Assembly (NCBI GenBank): GCA_902572825.1
Contig: CACGHD010000003.1
Location: 5,238 to 69,237 of the forward strand
Source of the DNA: an uncultured Prochlorococcus sp.
GTDB lineage: Bacteria > Cyanobacteriota > Cyanobacteriia > PCC-6307 > Cyanobiaceae
Reading direction: 5' to 3'
Length of the DNA: 64,000 nucleotides
Under the pieces are notes generated by a model. It did no database searches. It saw only the letters and a list, made by a program, of their open reading frames with translations, and was not told where the DNA came from. Shown here piece after piece: positions 17,724-27,534 of this stretch. Position numbers and translations under genes: made by a program. Numbering within the stretch: the stretch's first letter is position 1; each line of letters begins with the position of its first letter.

Positions 17724-18812
17724 CTAAGAATCCCCTAAAATATCCTTAATATATTTGCTTACACTAGCATAACCATAATCAGTCATATGACCACCTCTAT
17801 CTACAAAGATCCAGTCATCTTTTTTGAAACTTTCCTTTAAATCCAAATTTGCGTCAAAAAATCTTATTTTTAGACTTTCACATATATTTTTTAATGCAGC
17901 TGAATAATCATTGTAAATTTCTTTTTTAAAAACATCTCTTGTTAATAATTTAGCTCCATATTTATCTCCATAATCAAAAATTTGTTTTTCTTCTTTAGAA
18001 GCTGGCTTAGACATCCAATCAAGAGTTGGTTGTAAAATAAATATTAAATTGAAAGGATAAGATTCTGAAAGTTTCTTCCAAATATAAAGATTTTTTTTAA
18101 GTTGACTAATTGTAAAAAGAACATCAAATGAATTATTACTAGTATCAAAAAAACTTGGTTGATTTTTTGGATAAAAGAAGAAATTTTTAAATAAATCTTT
18201 AAATGCAATATTTTCGTAGTCTATATTATCCCCATATATTGGAGATAGGAGATATTTTAAAAGTTTTCTTTTTTTTGAAATAAGTCCATTATTCATTCTC
18301 TCTGAAAATTGATTACTAAAAAAGAAGGGACTTAATTCGCTTTCTAGATCTCTGAGAGAACTAATATATAAGTCATTTAATCCACTAAATATTATTACAT
18401 TTTTGATTTTCTCAAATCTTGGAGATATTTGACTAAATAAAATAAGTTCCTGAGATGAGACATGAGCTCTACATCCAAAATTAAGAAATTTATCACTAGT
18501 TTCTTTAGAAATTATTGATGAAATTGTATTTGAGTCATTTGAAGCACCAACACCAAAAACAGTTGAACTTCCTACTATAAAAGATAATTCTTCTTCTGAT
18601 TTTTTAAAATCTGAAAAAGGTGAATATCTATTTTTTTTTACTTGGGTAAATCTAAAACCAAATTTGTCAGTATTTACAATTTTAGACTTATAGTTAGGTT
18701 TTTGAAAAAACATTATATATGGATGCCATTTGATTCCTAAATTATCATATGTTTCCATTTGAGGGGTTAGTATTTTTCTTGGATTTATTTCTTGATTAAA
18801 TTTTACTTTCAT
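17724..18812 (-). CDS. SGNH/GDSL hydrolase-like protein
   Basis: GSSTVFG, NFG, SGLND, FVDRGGHMT. Confidence 0.75.
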   Translation of the reverse strand: MKVKFNQEINPRKILTPQMETYDNLGIKWHPYIMFFQKPNYKSKIVNTDKFGFRFTQVKKNRYSPFSDFKKSEEELSFIVGSSTVFGVGASNDSNTISSIISKETSDKFLNFGCRAHVSSQELILFSQISPRFEKIKNVIIFSGLNDLYISSLRDLESELSPFFFSNQFSERMNNGLISKKRKLLKYLLSPIYGDNIDYENIAFKDLFKNFFFYPKNQPSFFDTSNNSFDVLFTISQLKKNLYIWKKLSESYPFNLIFILQPTLDWMSKPASKEEKQIFDYGDKYGAKLLTRDVFKKEIYNDYSAALKNICESLKIRFFDANLDLKESFKKDDWIFVDRGGHMTDYGYASVSKYIKDILGDS

Positions 18813-18839
18813 TATTTTTATAGAGATTTAATTTCTAAC

Positions 18840-18894
18840 ACCCCTGCAACGGGTTATTCAGTTTTTTCCGAACTTCAGAATTATAGCAAAGAAG
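18840..18894 (-). repeat. Degenerate copy of the tRNA-upstream promoter segment at about 15528-15581
   Basis: CCCCTGCAACGGGTTATTCAGTTTTTTCCGAACTTCAGAATTATAG vs CCCCTCCAACGGATTATTCAGTTGTTTCTGAACTTTAGAATTATAG. Confidence 0.8.
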
Positions 18895-19006
18895 ATTACT
18901 CTCAATTTTTAATTTATATAAATTTCTCATCCTATAATTTAAACATTTTACTATTAAAGATTTTAAAAAATATCTTTTAATTCGTCTCTAATTTTATATT
19001 CTATAT

Positions 19007-19297
19007 TTAGTCAAAATTAAGAATTTTTTTTTCTTCGTCTGTTAAAGGTATACCTTCAGCAGCTTTTTTTGCGGCTTGTCTTTTTTTAAATAAAAGTTTC
19101 GCTTTTTCCTTTTTAACTTTCTTCTCTGCTTTGTCTTTTGGTGAATTTCCACCTCCACCACCTCCACCGTAAGAGATTAAAAGATTACTATTTCGAAAAT
19201 CATCTTCATTATTCAAGTCAATTAAAGATGCATTTGCATTTGTAACAATAAATAATGAACTTAAAAAAAGAGAAACTACAGCAACTAATTTACTCAT
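19007..19297 (-). CDS. Small exported protein with Gly7 linker and Lys-rich tail
   Basis: Signal peptide ending ANA; SYGGGGGGGNSP. Confidence 0.7.
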   Translation of the reverse strand: MSKLVAVVSLFLSSLFIVTNANASLIDLNNEDDFRNSNLLISYGGGGGGGNSPKDKAEKKVKKEKAKLLFKKRQAAKKAAEGIPLTDEEKKILNFD

Positions 19298-19460
19298 TTT
19301 TGAAAATAAGATATTTATTATTTGTATTTTAGGATTTCTTTCTGGGAAATAAGATTATTGAATTTTTTGATCTGATACAAATGATATGATTTAAAGTCCA
19401 ATAATATAGTTCACATTTTTAAAATTATCTCTAATCGCTTGCAAATACTGAGGTCAACTT

Positions 19461-19503
19461 TAGATTTCAAGATTAGAGCCTTAAATCACTCGACCACCGC
19501 TCC
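19461..19503 (-). repeat. Second 5'-half tRNA-Ser(TGA) remnant
   Basis: Minus strand GGAGCGGTGGTCGAGTGATTTAAGGCTCTAATCTTGAAATCTA. Confidence 0.85.
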
Positions 19504-19939
19504 AAGGCGGTAAATTTATTTCAACTTTCTAGGTATATCAAATGATTGTGAGGGAAAATAAGATTTTTCAACAAATTCATGCGAGTTTAAAAATTGTTTT
19601 TTAAGGCTGTTCTCTTGACATTTCTGGAAATTTTTTGACATGAATTCGTAAATGAGAATATAAAAAGATGTTTGGAATTAGTTGATTAATACCCTATCTA
19701 AAACATGAATTCCGAGTTAATTCTTGGTTTTTTGCTTGGATATATTGCATGATATTTTTGACATAAATTAGAAAATATCTGTCAAACTTTAATTAGCTAT
19801 TGACAGTTAATCTAATATAAATGTAGTTGAATATCGTTTTTTTTTAATATCTTATGTCCAAAGTCAAAGGGTCTTTTATTACTTTTTATTTAGTTACTGG
19901 GCTCATTAATATAATTTATAATTATTAATTTTAGGTAAG

Positions 19940-20707
19940 ATGAATTCGCTTAAATATTTCTTAAAGTCTATAAATATAGGTTCTACTAAATCAACAAGAT
20001 TATTTTCTTTACTTATTATTAGTACAATTGTTATTCATGTTTCGGCTTGGGCAGCAAATTATAAGTTCGGAACATTTCTTGAAGTTTCAAGGTCTGCGCC
20101 TAAATTCTATAACATGTTATATCATGGGAAAGATGGAGGTTATTTTGAACATTTTCAATATATTTTATTGATTTGGTGTTCAATATTATCGTCTCTTTGG
20201 ATAGTTAATAGAAAATTTTTTGAAGCATTATCAATACCAATAATTTATTTCTATTTGTTTTTAGATGATTCCTTAAAATTGCATGATCAATTGATAAGCG
20301 ATTTTCTTCTAAAGTTATTAGATAAAGTTCCACTTTTCGACCAAAATATCGTTAGAAGCCAAGATATTGCTGAATGGATAAACTGGCTTTTTGTTTTTGT
20401 TGTTATTTTAATAATTTCATTTCCTGGCTTAAAAAGTAGATCTTTTGAAGTGAGAAAATTCATGAAGAATAATTTTATATTTTTCTTCGTTTTAACATTC
20501 TTTGGAGTATTCCTTGACTTAATAGAAGCTAATATCAATTCCTGGCTTCCAATATATTTTCGAAGCGGGATATTTAAAGAATTTCTTATTCTTATTGAAG
20601 AAATAGGAGAAATAGGGACAATCTCATTAATGTGCATTTGGTTATTTCAAATAAATGATAATGGAAAGAGAGATTTATCCCTATTTAGCTCTAGTCGTGA
20701 GGACTAG
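19940..20707 (+). CDS. Multi-pass membrane protein
   Basis: About seven hydrophobic segments; LDDSLKLHD and IEEIGE motifs. Confidence 0.75.
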   Translation: MNSLKYFLKSINIGSTKSTRLFSLLIISTIVIHVSAWAANYKFGTFLEVSRSAPKFYNMLYHGKDGGYFEHFQYILLIWCSILSSLWIVNRKFFEALSIPIIYFYLFLDDSLKLHDQLISDFLLKLLDKVPLFDQNIVRSQDIAEWINWLFVFVVILIISFPGLKSRSFEVRKFMKNNFIFFFVLTFFGVFLDLIEANINSWLPIYFRSGIFKEFLILIEEIGEIGTISLMCIWLFQINDNGKRDLSLFSSSRED

Positions 20708-20732
20708 AGTCATAAACAAGATTAAAAAGAAT

Positions 20733-20882
20733 TTAACCGAAATTCACATTTTGTTGAAATAAGCCAAACAAGTTATTACCAACAATGGCGGCGATTATTA
20801 ATACGAAAGCAACTATAGCGAAAAGAGCACTAACATCTTTTATGTCATAAGGTGCTTTAAATAAAGGTTTCTGTTCTGCCAT
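20733..20882 (-). CDS. Uncalled 49-aa membrane protein
   Basis: MAEQKPLFKAPYDIKDVSALFAIVAFVLIIAAIVGNNLFGLFQQNVNFG*. Confidence 0.65.
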   Translation of the reverse strand: MAEQKPLFKAPYDIKDVSALFAIVAFVLIIAAIVGNNLFGLFQQNVNFG

Positions 20883-20974
20883 GGTTGTCAAATCTATCAA
20901 TGCATTTGAATCATATTATCTTAATGCTTGTAAGAAGTATAAAGTTATTTTTTTTTAGTTGAAAATTAGACAAT

Positions 20975-21000
20975 AAAAAAGCCACTAAAAGTGGCTTTTT
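20975..21000. terminator. Intrinsic terminator (bidirectional form)
   Basis: AAAAAAGCCACT-AAA-AGTGGCTTTTT downstream of the DUF4278 gene. Confidence 0.85.
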
Positions 21001-21020
21001 CTATTTAATGATTTAAGAAA

Positions 21021-21122
21021 CTAGCTTGTATAAGCTTTGCCTCTGTAAGTTAGTTCATTATGCTGCTTCTTAGCTGCTTCTTTGTTCTGGACGTACTTTT
21101 GTCCTCTGTAAATTAGAGTCAT
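21021..21122 (-). CDS. DUF4278-family small protein (33 aa)
   Basis: MTLIYRGQKYVQNKEAAKKQHNELTYRGKAYTS*, two L-x-YRG motifs. Confidence 0.85.
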   Translation of the reverse strand: MTLIYRGQKYVQNKEAAKKQHNELTYRGKAYTS

Positions 21123-21129
21123 TTTTTAA

Positions 21130-21204
21130 GCTCCGGTTTCGCTTAAGTCCCCGTTCCATGGCTTAAGTCGATTTGCGGCTTGCTAAACGCAAGTTGAACG
21201 TTTT
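21130..21204 (-). ncRNA. Glutamine-II (Downstream-peptide) riboswitch
   Basis: CGTTCAAC..CGCAAATCGACTTAAGCCATGGAACGGGGACTTAAGCGAAACCGGAG directly upstream of the DUF4278 ORF. Confidence 0.85.
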
Positions 21205-21205
21205 G

Positions 21206-21219
21206 GTAGCGGTTGCTAC
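21206..21219. promoter_or_regulatory. NtcA box
   Basis: GTAGCGGTTGCTAC fits GTA-N8-TAC, between the -10 region and the riboswitch. Confidence 0.75.
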
Positions 21220-21428
21220 AAATATATAATAACATTAAAGAAAATTATTTGTCTAGCTCCTTGAAAAATAATCTTAATTTATTAATGAAAGATTAACTTC
21301 CTGATGAAAATATTTATACATTATCGCTATGAAATTATTTGCAGGTTACATTTTGTTCGTTTTTGAGAAGTATTTTTTATTTAATGAACTTTTAAATGTA
21401 AAATTCTTAGGATTATAAAATTTGTTTT

Positions 21429-21623
21429 ATGTTTTCTAGAAGCAAAAAACCTACAGTAAAAAAATCTGCAATAGTTGAAGAGACTCCATTATTTGCTCAA
21501 TTACTACCATTCGCAAACAGAATGAATGATAAGGTTCAATTAGTAAATGCTTTAGCTTTTACTTTTATTATGGGATTCTCAATTTTTGGAATTGCTCTAT
21601 GGAAACTTTCAGCGCTTACTTAA
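21429..21623 (+). CDS. Small membrane protein
   Basis: 64 aa with C-terminal TM segment. Confidence 0.6.
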   Translation: MFSRSKKPTVKKSAIVEETPLFAQLLPFANRMNDKVQLVNALAFTFIMGFSIFGIALWKLSALT

Positions 21624-21886
21624 TTATTTAATTTTTGCAAAGCATTAATTTTTGATTCTTTGTTTTTGATTATTGTTACCAACCATTTAGAGGCAAGTCC
21701 TCTGGATATTGATCTGTTTTTAAGAAATCTACATATATAGATGTGTAGATTTTTTTCATTTTTGGAATTAAATTTTTCTTCAAAATCTAATATTTCTTCT
21801 TCTGAGGTCCTTTTTCTTAGTTCATCCACTAATGCATGACTAGAGGAATCATTAAATAAGTTCCCAATATTTAGGCTTAATGTCAT
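21620..21886 (-). CDS. Conserved hypothetical picocyanobacterial protein
   Basis: 88-aa ORF downstream of nrdJ. Confidence 0.65.
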   Translation of the reverse strand: MTLSLNIGNLFNDSSSHALVDELRKRTSEEEILDFEEKFNSKNEKNLHIYICRFLKNRSISRGLASKWLVTIIKNKESKINALQKLNN

Positions 21887-21974
21887 AAATAATTCATTTC
21901 CCTATTTAAGAGGTAGCCATAATTTTAATTTTTAAAAACTAATTTATATTTTTTATTTACAAATAATTCAAAAT

Positions 21975-24308
21975 TTAATCTTTTGGTTTAGCTAGAGGGA
22001 GAAGACATTTGTCTGAATCGCAACCTGCTGGTCCTGCTTCAGATAGTTCTCCAACATCATATTTATTAAGAGCGTCAAAGAAATCGTTATTTACTTTCCT
22101 TTCTATTACCTTATTCTGCAATGATATATATTCCTCTTTACTTATTGGTTCAAAGGGTAATCTCGGGAAAGTAGCGTTAGCACTAAATCTAGCCAGCAAT
22201 GCTGCTGAAATATATCCCTCATTATTTTCTATTGCATTATGAATAGCCTTAGCTAAATCCTCGATTTCATTTTCTCTAAATTCTACGGTTGCAGAGGTAT
22301 TATGCTCTGTGTAAAATTTCTGCACTTGCATGTAAAAATCAAATTGAGCTAATGCTGAGAAATTATTGATGTCTATCTGATCTGCACCATCTATATTTGC
22401 CCAACTAACTTCTGTAGGGATTTCAACTAACCATTCTGTACATCTTGGATCAAATGGATTATCGAGCAAGCAACCATTTTCATCTTTATCAGATTGAGAT
22501 GGAACAACTGAGTAACCATAATCCATGCAAGCTAAAGCGATGGGGTCATTTTTCCTGAAAGTTATTCTTCTTATGAATCTTTGAGCCTTTGGAGGATGCC
22601 AACCCGGAGCTGCTCCAGTAAGAAGACTTTTAGTTCCAGCTGGCTGAACTGTTGTGCATCTATTTGGTCTCCTTAGATTATGCTTATCACAATATTCCCA
22701 TACAGTTTCTTTTACTATTTTTCTCCAAGAATCTAAGAATTTAGCTTCCTTTTCTTTGAAGGCCTTCCCTTCTTCGCTATTTGGCCTTCCTGCTTCCCAC
22801 CACTTCAACCATGGCGTACCAAATGCATGTACGCAGAAATCAAATAATCCAGTGAAACTTACTCCTACGATAGGATCATATTCCCTACTTTTTCTGTAAC
22901 GCTCAACTTCAAATTCATGATTAAGTAAGCATGCTACAGAAAGAGCGGCTGCTTTAAAAGCTTTTTTTTGCTCTTCAAAATTATCTGGATCAATCTGATT
23001 TAAATGAACTTCAGCCAAATTGCAATGGAAATCATTTCCCAAGATCTCCCCACAAGGGTTAAGTCCATACCGGCTCATCCTGTGGTCTAACTCTTCTTCT
23101 GAAAAAGGACCATAACTACTATTTATCCAATTTCTCGCTTCATCCTTGCCTTGTTCTGAGTAGATTTCAATAAATTCCTTTCTCAATTCATCATCTTTGA
23201 GAATATCTGCATTTGACCTTGCGATTGCTTCTGGTGCAAATTGAATGGCCCCCTCACCTGAATGGAATTGTTTTGTTACTGCATCCAAAACAGTTTGGTA
23301 AGTGGGTTTTGTATGGTAAACCCTAGTATGATTAGCCATCCTGAGGGCATCTTTATCAGGATCTATTCTCCAATTACCATTCTCATCTTGACTCCATAAA
23401 TTTTCTTTTGCTGATGCGGCTTCCTTATCATCTGAAGCAAATTGTCTCATTCCAGCACTTCTTCTTATATTCCCAGCAACTATGGTTACTGCAGCTTCAT
23501 CAATTAATAAACAACACTCTACTGTATTTAATTTCCTACCAATTGCCTTTCCAAGAAGTGATGCGACTCTAGAGTAAAGATCTTTCAATTTGATAGGATT
23601 TGCCATCCCCCCGAAACCTTTTAATGATTCTCCCGCAGGCCTAATATCTTCCAAATCAATATAAACATCAATTTCTCTTTCAAGACTCTCATTACTTGAT
23701 GCCTCAAGAAGATATTTATAGCTATCTACCCATCCTCTTCTGCTATCTCCAACTTTGATATGAAGATCTTTTCCTTTAATTTCTAGTGATGACTTTTCTT
23801 CTCTTTGATCTTTAGGAGTTATTCCAACTTCACTGACTGATTTAATGTTTATTTTGTTAATTACCGTAGGTAGGTTATTTATAAAATGAGGCTCAATTAT
23901 TGCACCTGTTCCACATCCCATCATTGCTAAGTCCATCATTAATGCGAAGGCTTCCCAATCAATTAAGTTTGTTGAGGTACAGTTGTATGCTCCTGAGAAA
24001 TTTTGGTTCTTATTAATCCAAGGGGTTCCGCCTATCCATAACCATCTTCCTGAAGGTTGAGCTTTTTGGTTACTTTGCATTTCCCTCATTAAGGTCATTT
24101 CTTCCTCAGAAAGTTTTCCTAAATCTTTTAATCCCGATAAATTCCTTTCGCCTACTTCGCTCCAGTTCTCCCTTTTGCCAGATGAAGTTTTTCTACTATA
24201 AGATCTGAAAAAAACTGGGTAAGCAGCTGGCGCAGTCTTTGGAAAATCATCTTTTTTAAGATTATTGGAATTGCTCTCAGAAAGAGCTTTATTTGGTGCA
24301 ACAGTCAC
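21975..24308 (-). CDS. nrdJ: Class II (B12-dependent) ribonucleotide reductase
   Basis: NPCGEI, CNLAE, TTVQPAGT, C-terminal GCDSDKC. Confidence 0.95.
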   Translation of the reverse strand: MTVAPNKALSESNSNNLKKDDFPKTAPAAYPVFFRSYSRKTSSGKRENWSEVGERNLSGLKDLGKLSEEEMTLMREMQSNQKAQPSGRWLWIGGTPWINKNQNFSGAYNCTSTNLIDWEAFALMMDLAMMGCGTGAIIEPHFINNLPTVINKINIKSVSEVGITPKDQREEKSSLEIKGKDLHIKVGDSRRGWVDSYKYLLEASSNESLEREIDVYIDLEDIRPAGESLKGFGGMANPIKLKDLYSRVASLLGKAIGRKLNTVECCLLIDEAAVTIVAGNIRRSAGMRQFASDDKEAASAKENLWSQDENGNWRIDPDKDALRMANHTRVYHTKPTYQTVLDAVTKQFHSGEGAIQFAPEAIARSNADILKDDELRKEFIEIYSEQGKDEARNWINSSYGPFSEEELDHRMSRYGLNPCGEILGNDFHCNLAEVHLNQIDPDNFEEQKKAFKAAALSVACLLNHEFEVERYRKSREYDPIVGVSFTGLFDFCVHAFGTPWLKWWEAGRPNSEEGKAFKEKEAKFLDSWRKIVKETVWEYCDKHNLRRPNRCTTVQPAGTKSLLTGAAPGWHPPKAQRFIRRITFRKNDPIALACMDYGYSVVPSQSDKDENGCLLDNPFDPRCTEWLVEIPTEVSWANIDGADQIDINNFSALAQFDFYMQVQKFYTEHNTSATVEFRENEIEDLAKAIHNAIENNEGYISAALLARFSANATFPRLPFEPISKEEYISLQNKVIERKVNNDFFDALNKYDVGELSEAGPAGCDSDKCLLPLAKPKD

Positions 24309-24443
24309 GATAAAAAAAAACGTATGTAAATAACCCGTACTGGAAGAATAACTCTACCTGTGGCGTCTGCAACTATTCTTACCACTATTTAACGGTTTGT
24401 GTAGAATTATGTTTAATATGAAATCTTTGTTTCAAGAAAGGAT

Positions 24444-25139
24444 ATGGAAAGAGTCCCCGAACCTGAATTAATGGAAGAAAAAGAGCAGGTCATTTCTTAT
24501 GACGAAGCTGATTTTTCAGAAGGGGAAGTTAATCTAATTAATCAAATAAATCAATATCTTTTGAAAAAAAATATTGCTTTAGGTGAAAAAGATTTAATAG
24601 TTGATTTAGGGTGTGGCCCAGGAAATATTTCTGAGAAGTTAGCAATAAAATGGCCTAATACTGCAGTCGTAGGAATAGATGGTTCTAAAGAGATGATTTT
24701 GAGAGCAGAATATAATAAGAGTATTTCTAATAATCAAAAAAAATTAAAAAATTTACGCTACATTTGTTTTGACATCAAAGACATTAAATCAAATAATTTT
24801 TTATTTAAAAAAAGAATTAGTTTACTTGTAAGCAACAGTTTGATTCATCACATTACCAATCTTGAAGATTTCTTCAACACCATAAGAATTTTATCTAGTA
24901 ATATTACTGTAAATTTTCACAAGGACTTAAAAAGGCCATTAGATGAAAAGTCTGCTTTAGAACTCAAAGCACAATGTTCAACTAAACATAATGAGATTTT
25001 AACTAATGATTATTATGCCTCTTTAAGAGCTTCTTATACTTTTAAAGAGTTAAAAAATTTCATCTTAGAGAATGATCTATCCTCTTTAGATGTGTTTGAG
25101 GAAGGTGAAAATTATTTAATAGTCTATGGTAATGTTTAA
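24444..25139 (+). CDS. Class I SAM methyltransferase
   Basis: MERVPEPELM; VDLGCGPG; SLIHH. Confidence 0.85.
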   Translation: MERVPEPELMEEKEQVISYDEADFSEGEVNLINQINQYLLKKNIALGEKDLIVDLGCGPGNISEKLAIKWPNTAVVGIDGSKEMILRAEYNKSISNNQKKLKNLRYICFDIKDIKSNNFLFKKRISLLVSNSLIHHITNLEDFFNTIRILSSNITVNFHKDLKRPLDEKSALELKAQCSTKHNEILTNDYYASLRASYTFKELKNFILENDLSSLDVFEEGENYLIVYGNV

Positions 25140-25170
25140 GAACTAAGTGAAAGGTCCTTATATTATATAA

Positions 25171-26808
25171 ATGAGCTTAGGTACTAAAATTCTAAATAAT
25201 AAAGAAATACTGGATGCGGTAAATAAAAGAAGAAATTTTGCTATTATTTCACATCCAGATGCTGGGAAAACGACTCTTACCGAGAAGCTTCTTTTGTATG
25301 GAGGTGCCATTCAACAGGCAGGAGCAGTAAAAGCTAGGGGTAATCAGAGAAAAGCAACCTCAGACTGGATGGAACTTGAGAAACAAAGAGGTATTTCTAT
25401 CACATCAACTGTATTGCAATTTGAATATGAGAGATCTGTAATTAATCTATTAGATACACCAGGACACCAAGACTTCTCCGAAGATACTTATAGAACATTA
25501 GCTGCTGCTGATAATGCAGTTATGTTGGAAGATGCTGCTAAAGGACTAGAACCTCAAACTAGAAAATTGTTTGAAGTTTGCAAGATGCGAAAAATACCAA
25601 TATTTACTTTCATAAATAAAATGGATAGACCAGGAAGAGAGCCATTTTCTTTACTTGATGAAATCGAATCAGAACTTGGATTAAATACCCTACCTATAAA
25701 CTGGCCAATTGGGAGTGGCGAGGAATTTAGAGGGGTTATTGATAGATTTTCGAGAGAGGTGATTTTATTTGATAAAGCAGTGAGAGGGAAACAATCGAAT
25801 GAGAAAAGATTAAGTCTTGAAGATAAAGAGCTATCAAAATATGTAGAGAGAGATTTACTTGAAAACTCACTTGAAGAATTGGAGGTTCTTGATGAGGCAG
25901 GATCTAAATTTGAAAAAGAAAAAGTTTTTAATGGCTCTTTAACCCCAGTTTTCTTTGGATCTGCCATGACTAATTTTGGCGTAAGGCCATTTTTAGATAG
26001 TTTTTTAAAAATGGCACAAAAACCAACTTCAAGAAATAGTAATAAAGGGGATATTGAACCTGCTAGCGATGAATTTAGTGGGTTTGTTTTTAAGCTTCAG
26101 GCGAATATGGATCCAAAGCACAGAGATAGGGTTGCTTTTATAAGAGTTTGTAGTGGCAAATTTGAAAAGGATATGTCAGTTAAACATTCCAGAACTGGGA
26201 AAACAATCAGATTATCAAGGCCACAAAAAATATTTGGGCAAGATAGAGAAGTAGTTGATGATGCCTATCCTGGGGATGTTATTGGTTTAAATAATCCAGG
26301 TATGTTTTCTATCGGAGATACTCTTTATACAGGTGCTCATTTGGAATATGAGGGCATACCATCCTTTAGTCCTGAAATATTCAGCTGGTTAAGAAATCCA
26401 AATCCCTCAGCATTTAAAAACTTTAGAAAGGGTGTTAATGAACTTCGAGAAGAAGGTGCTGTTCAGATTCTTTATGACTTTGATGAGAGTAAAAGAGACC
26501 CTATACTCGCAGCTGTTGGTCAATTGCAGTTGGAGGTTGTAACTCACAGATTAAAAAGTGAATATGGTGTAGATGCAAATCTTGAAGCAATGCCATATCA
26601 ATTGGCTAGATGGATTTCTGATGGATGGCCATCCATTGAAAAACTAGGCAGAATATTCAATTGTAAAATTGTTAAAGATTGTTGGAATAGGCCAGTTATT
26701 CTTTTCAAAAATGAGTGGAATCTAAATCAATTTGTTGAAGATAATAATCAATTAAATTTAAACAAAGTTGCTCCCGTTGTTAGTGGAGTCGAACCAATTG
26801 TTTTATAA
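25171..26808 (+). CDS. prfC: Peptide chain release factor 3
   Basis: [22 protein letters not shown]. Confidence 0.97.
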   Translation: MSLGTKILNNKEILDAVNKRRNFAIISHPDAGKTTLTEKLLLYGGAIQQAGAVKARGNQRKATSDWMELEKQRGISITSTVLQFEYERSVINLLDTPGHQDFSEDTYRTLAAADNAVMLEDAAKGLEPQTRKLFEVCKMRKIPIFTFINKMDRPGREPFSLLDEIESELGLNTLPINWPIGSGEEFRGVIDRFSREVILFDKAVRGKQSNEKRLSLEDKELSKYVERDLLENSLEELEVLDEAGSKFEKEKVFNGSLTPVFFGSAMTNFGVRPFLDSFLKMAQKPTSRNSNKGDIEPASDEFSGFVFKLQANMDPKHRDRVAFIRVCSGKFEKDMSVKHSRTGKTIRLSRPQKIFGQDREVVDDAYPGDVIGLNNPGMFSIGDTLYTGAHLEYEGIPSFSPEIFSWLRNPNPSAFKNFRKGVNELREEGAVQILYDFDESKRDPILAAVGQLQLEVVTHRLKSEYGVDANLEAMPYQLARWISDGWPSIEKLGRIFNCKIVKDCWNRPVILFKNEWNLNQFVEDNNQLNLNKVAPVVSGVEPIVL

Positions 26809-26859
26809 AGTCTTAATGGATTATAAAATTAGTTAATCTGTTAGTATTGGTAAAAAATT

Positions 26860-27534
26860 TTGGATTCAAACAGTAGTAAAAACAATAACCAAAAATCACC
26901 TTATGAAATTTTAGGTGTAAAAGAGGGTGCCGCATTTGAGGATATTCAGAAGGCTAGAGACATTAAAGTTAAAGAGGCTGGTGAAGATTTAATTTTAAAA
27001 GCGAAAATAGAATCTTCCTTTGATCAATTACTCATGGGAAGTTTGAAAGCTAGGCAGTCAGGAAATGTAAGCTATGAAGCTGTAAGTGCCTCAAAAAAAG
27101 AAAAACAAATTAATCAATTTACCAATAATAACTTCCCACTTCTTTCTAAGATAAAAAATTTAAATAATAACTCTAACAATTCAAGTCAGTATAGTCTGCC
27201 AAAAATAACTCCCCCCTCATTTGATAATCTTTCAATAAAAATATCTGTTGGGATATTATTTTTAATTTTGCTATTTATCAGTCCAGACTCTAATAATAGA
27301 CTTTTACTCTCTATCTCAACATTAATACTTACCTATACTCAAATTAAATCGGGGAAAAGATTTATAGGTTCTCTGGGTTGGAGTGTTACCTTTCTATCGA
27401 TAGGATTAATATTTGGTGGATTACTTGAAAATAATTCTTTCATTCAGGAAGTATCAAACAACTCTTTATCAATACAAAAAATTCAAAGTATTCCAGCCAT
27501 GGTTATTTTATGGCTAGGCGTAATTTTTTTATGA
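26860..27534 (+). CDS. CPP1-like J-like membrane protein
   Basis: SPYEILGV J-like N-terminus without HPD; C-terminal TMs. Confidence 0.75.
   Translation: MDSNSSKNNNQKSPYEILGVKEGAAFEDIQKARDIKVKEAGEDLILKAKIESSFDQLLMGSLKARQSGNVSYEAVSASKKEKQINQFTNNNFPLLSKIKNLNNNSNNSSQYSLPKITPPSFDNLSIKISVGILFLILLFISPDSNNRLLLSISTLILTYTQIKSGKRFIGSLGWSVTFLSIGLIFGGLLENNSFIQEVSNNSLSIQKIQSIPAMVILWLGVIFL

Larger units (their letters stand above)
15535..19503. mobile_element. Older cargo segment between two tRNA-Ser att scars
   Basis: Bounded by same-orientation tRNA fragments; very AT-rich; no mobility genes. Confidence 0.55.

Noticed and set aside
16317-18980. ORFs 16317-16547, 16366-16590 and 18792-18980
   Set aside because: Overlap real genes or span the duplicated promoter segment
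19007-19297. Gly7 protein as a RiPP precursor for the adjacent enzymes
   Set aside because: Sec-type signal peptide, no recognisable RiPP leader, no RiPP maturase or transporter
15491-19503. tRNA-Ser fragments as functional tRNAs
   Set aside because: No variable arm, T arm or 3' acceptor strand; anticodon stems carry mismatches
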